Part shown: piece after piece, positions 45,801 to 58,992 of the stretch | Layout of the letters: each line of letters opens with the position of its first letter | How positions within the stretch are numbered: the first letter of the stretch is position 1 | Origin: Minutocellus sp. GHC0000111 | Taxonomy: Eukaryota | Assembly (NCBI GenBank): GCA_977018835.1 | Contig: OZ361256.1 | Location: 7,068,001 to 7,132,000 of the forward strand | Reading direction: 5' to 3' | Length of the DNA stretch: 64,000 bases | Position numbers and translations under genes: made by a program | Notes under the pieces: model-generated | Database searches by the model: none | What the model was told of the DNA's origin: nothing | The model's input: only the letters and a program-made list of their open reading frames with translations

Positions 45801-48800
45801 GTGAAGTTGCTGCCCCCACTGTACGAGGACTTTGTGAATAAATTCAAGCTCCCCGATTGCCTACCCGGAGGTCAGCATTGCATGATGAATGCAGTCAACG
45901 TCAACGGTAGACCTTTCATGGGGCCAAATTTCTGTGAGTACTACTACGTTCTAATGTCACTTTCGTTGCACTAAATATGTATGAACTTTATCGGGTATGT
46001 TGTGCTGCCCTGAAATGCCTAATCGTCTCTAATCTATCGTTTCTTCTTGCCATTTACTGTTCCTTGATCGGTAGACGTAACTCCACCAGGTTAGTATTGA
46101 GATCATCAAATTACTTTGCTGGGAATTTGCTTTATTACTTTGCAGTTGTCGTTTCGCCCCCGCTAACTAATGCCCACTTCATTTTCTGTACCTACATCCA
46201 TTCATCTACAGCCTCGTTCACCCACTTCCATCAAGATGGCCATGGTACGGTGGACAGTGGCCACCAGTGTCTTTCTGGTTACAACGAAGTCGTCATGCTC
46301 CGACGAATGCCCGAGGAACACAAGCAGCGAGCTCTGTACATCCTCAACGATCAGGCCAAGAAGAAGAAACGATCCAAGTACGACGGTCTGTACGGTTTGC
46401 CCCATGGTGATGGCCTCGGTGCTAAGCCAGATTGGCCAACTACAGACGCTATCGAGGAGTGCCGAAGAATGAACTACTGCCCATCGGTATTCGTCCTCAA
46501 GCCCGGTCAGTTTGTTCACATCAACAAAGGTCGACTCCATGCCTTTCGAAAGTTGTCGCCGACGGCCCTCCCACCCAATGACTGTCATAGACAGCTACGT
46601 CTCGATACTATTGCGAGCGATAACCTTGGTTCCATGGAACGTCTTTGCGTCTCTGTTGCTTGGGATTGGATGGTAAGTTCTGTCTTTTTTATTGTTTGTA
46701 GGTGCATTTCATCTTGTTCTCGCTCGCCTTGGATCGTACTTGGATGGAACACAAACTCTCGATGGGAATTTCTAATCTGTTGTTTGTTCTCTCGTTGCAC
46801 TCTGTTCTTATTTTAAACAGTACAAGGGATGTACCGAGAAAGGCATCAGTGAAGAGATATTCTCCACCCTCCACTGTGCTCGTCTACTTCGTGGTCATCA
46901 ATTGCAATCTCTTGCGATTCCCGAATTATCAGTTCTGCACACAGCGATCCAGCTTGTTGCTGAATATGAGCAGAACAATGCTTCTCCTGACACCAAACGC
47001 GGAATCTTGCCTTTCCTAGTAGACAGCAATGGATCTCAACCCGATTCCGAGGTGGTAAAAGAGAAGCTAAAGGGTATTGCGCCCGCAATGGAATACATTA
47101 TCGATCGGCATGAGCGTGCCTTCAAGACTGCGAAGCAGGAGCTTGAGCTCCAGGCGTCTGAGGAAGGTTGTCGAATCACCTTGGATATTGCTGGCCTGCC
47201 AGATGCATCGGAAAACCCCGAAAGTTATGCTTTGGACCCGTAAGTTTTGTGTGCCTTTTACAGCCTTTGGTTTGTCTGAGCTCTGCATAATCGAGGTGTA
47301 TTTTCACCTCTAATTTTCTTTTGTTTCCTCATTTATTCGCATTCATGTCTCTTTTCCCCTTCGTGTAGCTACGGGAATGGCGACTTCCATTGCCGCTTGT
47401 GCCACGAAGAGCTATCGAATATCTACATGCATTGCGATGGTTGCGAAAATATCCTCAACAAGGATTGCAACATCTGCGTCAGCTGCCACGGAGACGGCAA
47501 GTACAAAGAATATGCCCAGATGCATCCCACGAAGCCCACAAAAAACAGCAGCGTAAACCACATGGGCGAAAACCAGAGAGATGTTCGAGGTAACTTTTGC
47601 CCTTGCAAAAAGGGCAAAGCATGCGCTCGATGCGGCTACTGCTCGGGCTGTTCGTGCAAATGCCATCAATGTTTCACTATGCATATGCGCTTCTCCAGCA
47701 TGGATGAAATGATTGCCTTGAGAGAGCGCGTCCGCAATGTAGTCGGAACCTGTTCCATACCTGATATCCTTTTGGGTTCACCTGATGCTGCTGCGTCGAA
47801 GAAAGCGGTGTCGGATTCATTTTCAGCGCCGGCCCCGGCTGCGGCTTCCGCTCTACCTTCATTGAAGGAGCATGAGGTATCCACCATTGATCAGTCAAAC
47901 GTGCAAGTTATCTCTGGTGATCAGATATGGAGCAGAGAGAAGCGTGCCAAGAAGAGGAATCGCGATAGGCAATCATCCTCTAGCATCGACGAAGAGAAGA
48001 AGGAAGATTCAGTCTTTGGCGACGATACCTTCGATGCCTCAGAAGAAAAGGAACTGAATGTGCGAGGCCGACAGAAACGGAGCAAATCGGAATCGAGCGA
48101 GGAATCCTTGTATGATCCGGCCTCTGATGCCGCCGGTGTCCTCAAGGTAGATGAAGATGCAATGGAGCTGGGCGAGGGGATAAAGCCACGCAGGCTTCGA
48201 GCGATAAGAAAGCGCAGTCGCAAAGACGAAGATTTAGACATTGGCAACGACAAAGCAATTGCCGAAGTTGTGCAAGAGTCTGAGTATGCTGCTGGTCGCA
48301 ATAGAGTGGCCAAGTCTGCAAGGAAAGCTTCGGCAATGAAGCTGGAGGACGAAGATGAAAGCGATGGGCGGAAAATCATCGATGTTGAGGATGGAAACTC
48401 GGCGACGCTCCATCGTGCGATCGGCTCTCGGCACGCTGATGAGGAGACAGGTATGTCACCCTCACCACGCAAGAAAAAGAAGACAGCGCGGAGCAAGAAA
48501 GACAATATGGGAGATGCTAGTGACGGAGATTGGGTCTGTCATCTTTGCAGCACCTCGAATGATTCCGAAAGAAAGAGATGCACGGAATGCAGAGGGTGGA
48601 AAGGAGGCAAAAGACCTTTATACGCTGGTTCTCCGGAAGCCTCAATAAAGCGAGACAAGAAGCAATCTTCTATTTCTACTGGTAAGAAGAAGTCATCAGC
48701 TCCAAAGAAATCATCGCCATCACGCAAATCATCAAGCCCGAGCAAAAGCAAAAGCACGACGAGACACGACAAAGCAGAAAGATCTTGTTCTGTATTGCGG

Positions 48801-49985
48801 TGCAATGAATCCTCTGGTGGCCCCCGAAGGAACTATTTTTGCAAGAAACATTATGAGAATTCGCAGGTGATGGAATCAGAAAGAAGGAGCAAGCGGTTAT
48901 GTTCGGTTGCAGGCTGTCCGAGGGTCGATGATGGGGCAAGAAGCAATTTCATGTGTGTTTCTCACTTCAGGAAATCAAACAAGGAAACGGAAGACGCACT
49001 GAATGCTGACGAAAGTGGCGACGATGACAATGACGAGGATATCGACGAGGGACTAGAGGAAAATCAAAGCAACGTATCTGATGGCTCTCAAGATGAAGAA
49101 GATGCTAATCCGGATAGAGCCGAACCAATCGAGGATGGCCCTGAGAGCAAGGCAGTGGATGATGCAGCAAACATTGAAGAAGAAGACACCAAGCCAACTG
49201 CATCTTCTGAAACGTCCGATGCCGACGTTAGCGAGATACCGCAGGCATTACCCGAACATCAAGAAGTGGATCAGACTGCCGATGATAACGTTGACGAGGT
49301 TGAAATCCTCAGGAGCACTGCAGCAGCAGCTGCTGCTGCCCCCAATCATCTGGGTCGTCGTTCGAGCAGCCGTGCAAGCAGTCGAGCCAGCAGGAGTCGG
49401 GCTACCTCGGCTTCCAATATTCCTACCGGTGAGCCCAAAGACAAGGACGACCTGATCAAGAAGGGTGTTCAATCCTTCATTGCGCCGTATGCCAGCGGAA
49501 AAGTTCTCAGGAAATATTATCCGGCCCACAATGGCCTCACAGCCACCGTTGTGGGTCAACTTCTTGAGGACCACGAAGATTCTGACCCTTCTATTGGGAT
49601 GCTAATCAACGCCCTACCGAAAGAATGTGGCCTGGTGCGAGATGACCCGAATCATAGGAACCTGGCCCGCCATCTTTATCGCAACTTTCAAGGAGAAAAG
49701 GATCTCCTCAAGAGTAAGGATGGCGATACATTGCCGATGTCCGCGCGCGAGAGAGATATTTGTGTTTACGCTGTTGCACTCGAAAAACATTTCTCTTTCT
49801 TGCAGCACTTTATTCCTTACCGCTCAAGGGAGGATGTCGTCGCTATCTATCGCCTTGTATTCAACAAAGGCCTCGCCCACAACGAAGAACATACAGCTCA
49901 TGTCAAGCGTACTATCGGCTTGATTGAGCGCCTCGAGGGCCCTATTGGAATTGAAGAGGGTGTTCCTCAACAATTGAAAGTGTAA
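42816..49985 (+). CDS. Large chromatin protein: Tudor, RanBP2-type Zn fingers, CXXC, JmjC, Cys-rich domains; introns about 45934-46074, 46090-46211, 46673-46820, 47240-47368
   Basis: VGIFWPLD..YDDG (Tudor); CGKCDAC..DCGEC..C.DMKKFGG (CXXC); THFHQDG...GRLHAF (JmjC HxD..H); GT-AG junctions keep frame. Confidence 0.85.
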
Positions 49986-50384
49986 AGAGTTATTGCAAGA
50001 GAGTGCCAATTATAACACGTGCCGAGCCTTGGTGATATAGCATGCACCGGTTCACATACGATGAGAATGAAACAATAGGTAGAGACGCAGCTGCCAACCG
50101 GTGGAATCAATTAATTGAGGGATATTTGCCTTTACTTGATACAATAAGGCCGTTCAAGCGAATCAACACCAGTGTATATTGCCCAGATTGGAGATGTGCC
50201 AATAAGTTCTATTGTAAAGCCCTGACTACTCGGCCCTAGTTAGTCTAGCTAGTAACTCTTTGTGGCTTTAGAGCTCAATCAATGAAGTTGCTGTTAGCGA
50301 ATCCACTCTTCTGAAATCACACCCAATTTACCTAGCTAGTAGATATCGAGTTAGTTGTTTCAGCTACATCGTATTCTTAACTAT

Positions 50385-51494
50385 TTAGAGCTTACTTGCA
50401 TCTCTTGACGAATCTATCCCTATACCGAAGTATTCACAACGCACGGCTTTTGCGATTTTTTCCAAATATCGGGCTTCTTCCATCGTCGGTAATGGCATTG
50501 GGTCGTCACTGGGTGGCTGCATAACTCTAGCATCACTCCAAAGATGTTCGATATTTGAAGCTCCATCACCATATTCAGGCCCACATCCAAAGAGTGCCCA
50601 ATGCAGAACACACCCCTGCAGGAAAGTGCCATGCGGACTTGGGTGGAAATCATCAACATGAAAGAGACGTTCCCACATTGTTGGATTTTCTCTTCGTATT
50701 TTCAGAAATGCCAAACCAACAGGAGCCACTCGGCACTTCTGAGTATCGGGTAAGAACTCATTCAAAGCCGTGGCATAAGCCTCACATCCCTGCTTTGTTC
50801 TCAATGTGAATTCTTCCGGGCCGCCCAAATCTGTCGAATTGTTGACTGGTTTGCGATATGCTGGCGTGATTATGAACACGGGCGTTGCTCCACATTTTTG
50901 TATGAGAGATAGATAATCAGATTGTAGCGATGCCATGGTCTTTTGTCTTCTTTCCATCCTTGCAGGGGCTTGCGTGTAGTCATTCATGACCAAAAAGTCG
51001 TATTGTTTGGATGATAGCATTTCCGATACAGTTGGTGATCCAATATCCACCTCGGACTTTCGGAGTGTCCGAAATTTGTTCCTCATTCCATTGCCTTCCA
51101 GGAACAGAGACGGCAATGAGGCTCCTCCGCGAAGGCACGAATCCTGCGAGGCCACACGATGTTTTGTCGCTAGATTGGTGAACATCCGAGGAGTGTCATG
51201 AAAGTAAATCATTGAATTGCCCGCATAGGCAATGTGAACTGGTTCGGATGGTGGTAGTATGCCTGCTGCTGCAGCAGCAGCAGAGGTGGTGTGGGTGGGG
51301 CCTGGCGATGGCATTTCGTAGGGACCAGCAGAAAACGTAAATGCAGATACAACCGCTGTAGCAGTACCGATACCAAAAGTAAATAGAACCCAAAAATGAA
51401 ATAAACTTAGACGACAAATGAAGTGCATGCTGTTATCCGCCTCTCGTGGTCGAGTTGCGTTGGACTGCACTGGATTGGATGGACGGCCGAGCAT
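50385..51494 (-). CDS. SGNH/GDSL-like hydrolase; true start uncertain
   Basis: AYAGNS, VAPVGLAF, LFHVDDFHPSPHGTFL. Confidence 0.7.
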   Translation of the reverse strand: MLGRPSNPVQSNATRPREADNSMHFICRLSLFHFWVLFTFGIGTATAVVSAFTFSAGPYEMPSPGPTHTTSAAAAAAGILPPSEPVHIAYAGNSMIYFHDTPRMFTNLATKHRVASQDSCLRGGASLPSLFLEGNGMRNKFRTLRKSEVDIGSPTVSEMLSSKQYDFLVMNDYTQAPARMERRQKTMASLQSDYLSLIQKCGATPVFIITPAYRKPVNNSTDLGGPEEFTLRTKQGCEAYATALNEFLPDTQKCRVAPVGLAFLKIRRENPTMWERLFHVDDFHPSPHGTFLQGCVLHWALFGCGPEYGDGASNIEHLWSDARVMQPPSDDPMPLPTMEEARYLEKIAKAVRCEYFGIGIDSSRDASKL

Positions 51495-51665
51495 ACCGCA
51501 CGGACGGATTGCGAACGCACTACGTACGTACTAGCTAGTACATGTAGTAGTACATGTGATGACGCTCTGTCCGTCGTTCGCTGCGCTGCAAGCCCATCCA
51601 CCCGAATTTCTCTCGCCTGCTGTTTCATTTCCAACCAAAGCAACCAATCAAACCAAATACCCACC

Positions 51666-53003
51666 ATGCCCAAGCGCGGACGCCGCCGTAAAAAGACACG
51701 CACCCATGTGGTGGAGAATGAAAATGCCGCCTCGGCGTTGGAGAGCGCCAAGGACCTGAAGATCCCCCGCAGTCTCGTCATCAGGAGGGGCAAAGTAGAA
51801 TCTGAGGTGATTGAACTTGTAGCCGATCTTCGAAAGATGATGCTCCCCTACACGGCGGCCAGCTTCAAGGAGGATGCCAAGAATCGCAAGATGACACTGT
51901 CGCGTTACGCCAAGGAGCTTACTGGTGCCATGGGAGTGACGCATCTGATGGCCATCTCCCAGAACAGCTCGCGTCTCAACCTTCGATTGGCCCGTACTCC
52001 CTCTGGACCAACTTTGACGTTCCGTTTAAAGCAATTCAGTCTCATCAAGCAGGTCCGATCGGTGCAGAGAAGCCCCTTTGACAGTCCTGCCGCGTACAAT
52101 CATGCACCCATTGTGGTGACCAACAACTTTGGCGATGCGACTGCAGCTCCTCACGTCAAACTCATGCGCATTACATTTCAGAATATGTTCCCAGCGGTAA
52201 ATGTTGCCACCGTCAAGCTTGCCGATTGTAGGAGGGTAGTATTGTTCAACTTTATGAGGAGAGATGTTGACGATCAAGACAAGAAGCAAAAGGCAGGAGG
52301 CGACAAGAACGATCCCGACTACGATGAAGAAGAAGACGAGGAGGTCGAAGTCAGGCACTACGCCATCAAGGCGACGCCCGTAGGTGTCAACCGCAAGGTT
52401 CGTCGTCTCATCCAGGCCAAGATTCCCAACCTGTCCAAGCTCGATGATGTTGCCGATTACATTAGCGGCCAGACGACCTCTGGCGCCCCAGCACCAGCTG
52501 CGACGTCGGGAGGCATGTCTGATTCTGAAGCCGAAGACGAAACGTCGCATGTTGTGCTGGCACAAAAGTATACCGGCAGGGGCAACGCTGCGTCTCAGAA
52601 ATCAGCCCTCAAGCTGGTCGAGCTCGGTCCCAGGCTCCGTCTCAAGCTGACCAAGGTGGAACGCGGTCTTGCTGCTGGTGATGTCATGTACCACGCCTAC
52701 ATTAAGAAGTCGGCATCGGAAGTGAAGAAGCAGCGGGCCAAGATCGAGAGGGAGGCTCTCGAGAAGAAGCGCAGGAGGGAAGAGCAAGAAGCCAATGTCG
52801 AGCGGAAGAAACGCGAGAAGGAAGAGAAACGCGAGGCCAAGAAGCAACGAAAAGAGGAAAGGGAAAAGGCCGCCATGGAGGAGCTGCGCAGAGGAGGAGG
52901 TGGAGATTTTGATGATGAGGACGATGAAAGTGAGAGCGAAAGTGGTGGCAGCGAAGGAGAGGAACAAGAAGATCAGAGCGATGGTTACTCCTCTGATGAG
53001 TAA
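51666..53003 (+). CDS. PPAN: Ribosome biogenesis Brix protein SSF1/Peter Pan
   Basis: RRKKTRTH, PRSLVIRRG, DLRKMMLPYTA, GPTLTF, LVELGPRLRLKL. Confidence 0.95.
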   Translation: MPKRGRRRKKTRTHVVENENAASALESAKDLKIPRSLVIRRGKVESEVIELVADLRKMMLPYTAASFKEDAKNRKMTLSRYAKELTGAMGVTHLMAISQNSSRLNLRLARTPSGPTLTFRLKQFSLIKQVRSVQRSPFDSPAAYNHAPIVVTNNFGDATAAPHVKLMRITFQNMFPAVNVATVKLADCRRVVLFNFMRRDVDDQDKKQKAGGDKNDPDYDEEEDEEVEVRHYAIKATPVGVNRKVRRLIQAKIPNLSKLDDVADYISGQTTSGAPAPAATSGGMSDSEAEDETSHVVLAQKYTGRGNAASQKSALKLVELGPRLRLKLTKVERGLAAGDVMYHAYIKKSASEVKKQRAKIEREALEKKRRREEQEANVERKKREKEEKREAKKQRKEEREKAAMEELRRGGGGDFDDEDDESESESGGSEGEEQEDQSDGYSSDE

Positions 53004-53338
53004 GATGTCTATAAGGTGTACTAGATCTACTACGAATAGAGTGTTCTTGACATTTCATCTAGCCTAGTAGGCCTACCGATAGATGGACGAGCTAGGTAGT
53101 CTAGGTACCGGTAGATCTAGGCCAGCCTCCCCTTTCCCTTCATCCAACACTGCTGACTGACAAACGACAACAAACTCCACTATCTTATGATGCACTAAAA
53201 GGCATCGCTAAGGCACTAACGCTTTTCCTTCGAGTTCGAAAACGCCACAGCAAATGCGCAAATTCAAATCAAATAAAAATGAGCACATCAGCACTTATGT
53301 GTTGTTGATGAAGTGAAATAAAGCAGTGCAAAACAAAA

Positions 53339-56300
53339 ATGGCAGATGATACACTGTTATCGCACTGGCAGCAACAAGAAGATGGTAATCTCTGGGATGG
53401 TGAGTATCCCGTGATTAAGTCAGGGTTGATTTGTTGCCCCCGCCTCATGATGCAGAATTCGGGTATCGTCATGCCATCATGTCACGTGCGTTTGAATTCT
53501 CATCACACGAATTCCTCTCTTACTCCTCCTCCTTCCGTACCATTGGCATTCGTAGAGCTGAGTCATCAGCAATCGAGAGAGCAATTGCAGTGGCAACAGA
53601 GTCAGGCATCGTCTCATGGTGGTGTGGCAGGTACCTCCGCGGCAGCCCTCCGAACCGCCGCCCAGCTGAGTGGTGCGGCCATATCAGCAGCAGGGTCGGC
53701 TGCAGCAGCTGCCGCTTTCGGAGCCAGGCAGGGATACCACCGCCTTGGCACACAGGGAACAGCCACAACCAATCGTTCACCAATTGCAGATACGACAGGA
53801 CTGGCAGAATTTGGGCTGGATTCGGCCTCACACCCAATCGATGGACTTGCTGGCTACGCGGTCGGTCCAGGTGCAGGCGTAGGCGTAGGCGGAGGCGGAG
53901 GCGATGCCGGTGTCTCGCTGCTTGCCAATGAATATGAGCAGGGCGGTATGCCAACGCATTCGAAACCGAATGCAATGGGAGTTGGTGCCAGCCCGACGGT
54001 AGGGGGCGGAGGAGACACATTGCACGGGGATGACACAAGTGGCATCGGGTTCGTATTCCTTCGCAACTTCCGATTACGACCAAGCGATGATGGATGGGGT
54101 GCCGTGGCGAACCTCGACCTATTCTTCAGTTCCATATACAATTATTATTACCAGGGTGGTTTGGCCCCCATAATTGGATCTGGCACAGTGGAGCTTGTCT
54201 CGCTTTTCTTTACGCTGTGGTTGTCAGTTTTCCTCTTTGCATATCTCGACTGGAACAAGCTCTTAACGTGCACAGATGAAACCAGCTGCGATCCAGATCT
54301 TCACAACTACATTATCGATCGACCGTTTGCAACGATTTCTCTTTGGAATTTCCTCGTAATTCTGTACTGCCTTCTCTTTCTCTGCTACGGTGCATTTGCC
54401 ACAATGAGTTTCCTTGGTTCGGTACGAGATGCCTTCCGCGCAAAGTTTTATTTTGAGAATCGCCTCGGCATCAGCGCACGAAACCTTGAGGGCGGGGCTG
54501 TGGAATGGGATGAGATTGTTTCGAAAATTTCCGCTCTGCAAGAGTCGGGCGAACACCGCATCGCCATACATGGGCAGGAAATCAATGCACTGACAATTGC
54601 CCAACGAATTATGAGGAAAGAAAATTTCTTGGTGGCGCTTTTCAACATGGGAGCTCTTGACCTTAGCGTTCCGTTGCCTCTTGCACGGTTTGCGAACAAG
54701 AACTTCTTTTCAAAGAGTCTGGAGTGGTCGATCTACTTTACAGTCCTTTCGTATATGTACAATCACAAGTACCAGATACGTCCTTCATTTTACATGGACC
54801 CATCATCGTTGAAAAGGCGACTCATGCTTTGTGGATTTGCACATGCAGTCTTCCTTCCATTTTTGCTCTTCTTCATGACGCTGCACTTTTCCATGCTGAA
54901 CTTATATGATTGGAGATCTACGAAGCAATATTTGGGCCCCCGAGAATGGTCATCTGTCGCCAAGTGGATATTTCGAGAGTTTAATGAACTGCCACATGCA
55001 TTTGATCGACGCCTTGGACCATCGTATCAGGCGTCCGAGGATTATCTTAAGCTATTCACCCAAAGTGCGGCGGTGACATCGCTTGGGCGGGGATTGGTCT
55101 TTGTCTCGGGCTCTCTGGGTGCTGTGCTTCTCGCTTTGGCAGCTGTCAATGATTCAATCCTCCTTCATGTCAAGCTTGGGCATTGGAATTTGTTGTGGTA
55201 CGTCGGCATCCTTGGCATCGTTTACTCACTCGGGAAGGCTCTACTTCCCGACGCCAAGTCCCAGCGACCGTCGACGCGGAATCTCTTTTCTGAGATGGAC
55301 ATGGCGCTGGAGAAAGTTGCAACGCATACTCATTACTTCCCAGACGTCTGGCAGAAGCGTGGATGGGATTCCAAGACATACTCTGCATTCTCGAAGCTGT
55401 TTCAATACAAGGCAAAGCTCTTTGCTGGCGAAATAATGTCCGTGATGCTCGCGCCAGTTGTTTTGTGCATGTCACTGCCCAAGTGCGCAGAACACATTTG
55501 TGCAATAGTACAAAAAGTCAAGACAGATATTCCTGGTGTCGGTGATGTCTGTGGACATTCTACTTTTGACTTTGATGCATTCGAAGATGAAAGCTGGGGT
55601 CGACCGCTGCGGAACGACGCACCTTTCTGCGGTGCTACATCGGAATCGTCGACCATCCCACCGACACGGAAACGCAGCCCTGAGGTACAGATGAGACTGG
55701 ATTCGAGGCCTAAAACTCGAATGGGAAAGATGGAGAAGAGTTTTTTTCAGTTTCAAGGCCAATCACCCATCCTGGAAATGTTCGTCTCAGTCGGGCCAGG
55801 ACTTGGTTGAAAGAGTCGAAACATATCAAAATCAGGTGGCCCTTGCGCTTGCAAGGGAACGACAAGCTCATATTGAAGCTGCTGCGCGGCAAATCGAAAC
55901 TCTCCGTCAGTTGGAGCAGATGCGGCATATACAGAACGAAAGTGATGGTGTTCCGCACCGCCAACCAGCTGGGCCCAATCAGCTGCAAGAGTCATACATA
56001 GGCCCGTCACAACCACGCTCAGGTGCTGGATCATCTCGCCCTAGTAGTAATAGCAGCGTGCCTCAGAATTCCGACTCTGGTGCTGACAGTGGCGGCGGGG
56101 GGAGTGCACCATTCCATTCTGAAAGTCACAGAGCAGTTCATGATGAACAAGGATCTACCCCTTCAAGCAGCATGCACGACACCGTCGGCGAGCTTCCTCC
56201 AACGTCGGCCCAAAACATGGGGCCTCGTTTTGGGAACACTAGCCTCCAGAATTCAGGTCTCAACAGCATACGAACGGTCCCGTCCAGCTCGTCTCTTCTC

Positions 56301-56594
56301 CCATCAGGCACTCTAGGTCCTGGACCAACCCAGAGTGTGATGGGAGGTACCGCTGCATCTGCAAGTGTCCTTCATTATGCCGATAACACACTCTCAACAG
56401 AGCTGGCACGAGTGCTAAATCGGTCAACTCTAGATCCCACTCTAAGCGTCCTCAATTCCGACTTATTTCCATCAGGTGGCGCAAGCATGATGAACTCTTC
56501 GTCACTAGCCGAGAATACTGAAGGGGACAATAACCGAAATGTTCAAATGTCATACATGGCACTGAACCGATACCACACAGGCAGAAATTCGTAA
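53339..56594 (+). CDS. ATG9: Autophagy protein ATG9; intron 53400-53555; frameshift at T-run 55741-55747
   Basis: NLDLFFSSIYNYY, IAQRIMRKENF, W.FREFNELPH, GVGDVC; removing one T gives KMEKSFFSFKANHPSW and joins ORF 55803-56594. Confidence 0.93.
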
Positions 56595-56823
56595 AATCGC
56601 GACAACGTCTGGTGTCTATGGCGAGCTACGTAGGTACTACGAAGTACTAGCTAGCAAGCTACATACTATCAAGTAGCCGCAGAAGAAAGTGTAGTAGAAT
56701 AGACTTAGATCTAATCTAGCTAATCTAGAGTCGGCTAATGGTTTATTGTATTCGTTTTGTTTGTACGAGCAAGCAAGGATCTCAGAGATGTGACGACCGC
56801 AGATTTTGGTTCCATCAGAAGCC

Positions 56824-58992
56824 TTACTCTTCATCCTCCAACATGTCCTCATCAATTGTTGCCTGCGTAGGTTGTGCAATAACTGAAGATCCAAGCCCGC
56901 TTGCATTTTTCTTCCATACCGATGTGCTTGACAAAAACCGAATATTGATCATGGCCGAACGTAGCTTCATTCGTGCATTGAAAGTCTTGATGCGCCTCTG
57001 CGACATCATGAGACTGTGCTGTCGGAGCAAGTCGCCACGGTCGCGCATCCATCGGCTGGCCATGGCCTGCTTCGCCGTCAACCGCTTCGAGGGGTCGGTT
57101 ACCAACAGGCCCTTGATCAGCTCCTTGGCATGTTCCGAAACGTCGCCCCACATCTCGTCCGGGAAGTCGTACTTTCCAACAACGATAGCTCGGGAGAGCT
57201 CACGCTGACTACGTCCCATGAAAGGTAGATCTCCACTGAGGAGCAAGTATATGATAACTCCAACACTCCACATATCGGCCTGTTGGTCATACGGCGATCG
57301 GAGTAGAATCTCAGGAGCTACGAAAAAGGGGGTTCCACACTGCTTGGTAAGGGACTTGGGACCATAAACCCTGGTAGCAAAGCCGAAGTCAGCCAATTTG
57401 ATAAAGGCGTCGTCGTTCTCATCTCTTAGGAGCAGATTTTTGGGCTTCATGTCGCAATGTGCGATGCTATGATCGTGGCAGTAGGCGATGGATTCCAACA
57501 TCTTCTTGCATAGATCACGGGCATCGGACTCATCATACGACTTTTTCTTGCCTATCCTATCGAAGAGATCACCACCGGACATAAGCTCCATCACTAGGAA
57601 GTAGCACTCCTTCTCTTCGAAGAAGTCGATCAGGGGGCAGATGTACCTGTGTTTGAGTGAGGCCAGAATGGAAACCTCATCGTAAATGGCGGCATCATCA
57701 CTGGGGGGCATGTCCTTACGAAGTACGCATTTGATTGCGACCTTCTTGCCCGTGGCTCTGTGAGTACCTCTGCAAACGGTAGCAAATGATCCCGACTTGA
57801 GCTCTTGTTGGCAAGTAATGGAGTGAAAGTGAGCAAACGAATGGAATGTCAGAACGTTGAGGGTGTGATGAGTAATATGAATATGAGTCAAGTGAATCAT
57901 GAAGCGGATAAATCTATGTAAATTGGCATTTCGAATGAATAATGACAAGGCATTTCGAATGAATGAATGGATGAATCCAACTTCGAACACATCAACCTTT
58001 TGCTGTTATCCTTCCATCCTTCGACAGCTATCAAAACTTACCCTGGCATTGAGCTGGTAAATTTCTCGGAAGGTCCGTCCCTTGCAGCCCTCGGGGAACT
58101 CGGGCATCTCGCACCGGACGATGGCCTTCTTCACGTCAAGGGCGACCTCGTCGAAGACCTTCTTGATGAGGGCCAGGCGGTCCTTGTCGCGGAAGCTGGC
58201 GGCCCGCTCCATCCGGCTGACGGGGCGTTTCCCCCCGAAGTCGACCATGAGCTCCGACCCGTCCCCGCCGCCGTAGTCCTCATCGGCCTCGGCGGGGTCG
58301 GGGAGCAGTTCCATGTCGATGACGTAGGCGAGCGAATCACCCCGCTCCCCGCCGTCGATGCCGGCCGTGGCCTCGTCGTCCATCTCGACGGCCTGGCACT
58401 TGACGCGGATCTGGAAGGTGGACGTCCCGGCCGCCTGGGCGGCGGCCAGGGTGTTGCGCTCCTCCTCCTTGTCGTCGCCCTCGACCATGGTGGGGACGAC
58501 GGTGGCCATCCAGGTGCAGCCCATCGGCTCGAAGCGGACGTCGGTGCAGTGGTGCCGGTAGGTGCCGGTGGTACCGTAGCCGGACGTTTCATCCTCAAGG
58601 GCGTAGCAGATGGAATCGACGACGCGCTGGAGGTTGTCCGTGCGGATCTGGAGGGACGACATGGAATCGTCCCCGTGGCCGATCTCCCCCGAGGGGAGGT
58701 TGCTGTAGTACTCGGCCAGCTCGGCGGTCGTCTTCTTGAAGGCGGCCGTCCCGAGGGCCGATCGGAAGGTCTTGCTCTCGAGGGCCCGCAGGTGCGGGCT
58801 GAGGAGGACGCTCGAGGGACGAGATCCGTCGAGCAGGATGGATTCTCCCCTGCTGGCCTCGTAGTTGTTGTCGGCATCCTCCTCCCCATCACCACCGGCA
58901 ATCGACACTTGCTTCATGAGCGGACACAGCATCGACCGGTCATACTCCAGCGTCGTTCGGCGTTCCAAGCGCGGCTTTTCTATGGATGCCAT
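56824..58992 (-). CDS. CaMK-family Ser/Thr kinase with N-terminal extension; intron about 57802-58041
   Basis: SGSFATV, VAIK, HCDMKPKN, DFG, CGTPFFVAPE, C-terminal FNARMKLRSA CaM-binding-like segment. Confidence 0.9.

Noticed and set aside
55741..55747. Programmed frameshifting or pseudogenisation in ATG9 (also ICT1, HSF, GLR, NQFG gene)
   Set aside because: Most breaks are fixed by one base in a short homopolymer and both sides stay conserved; consensus error is simpler
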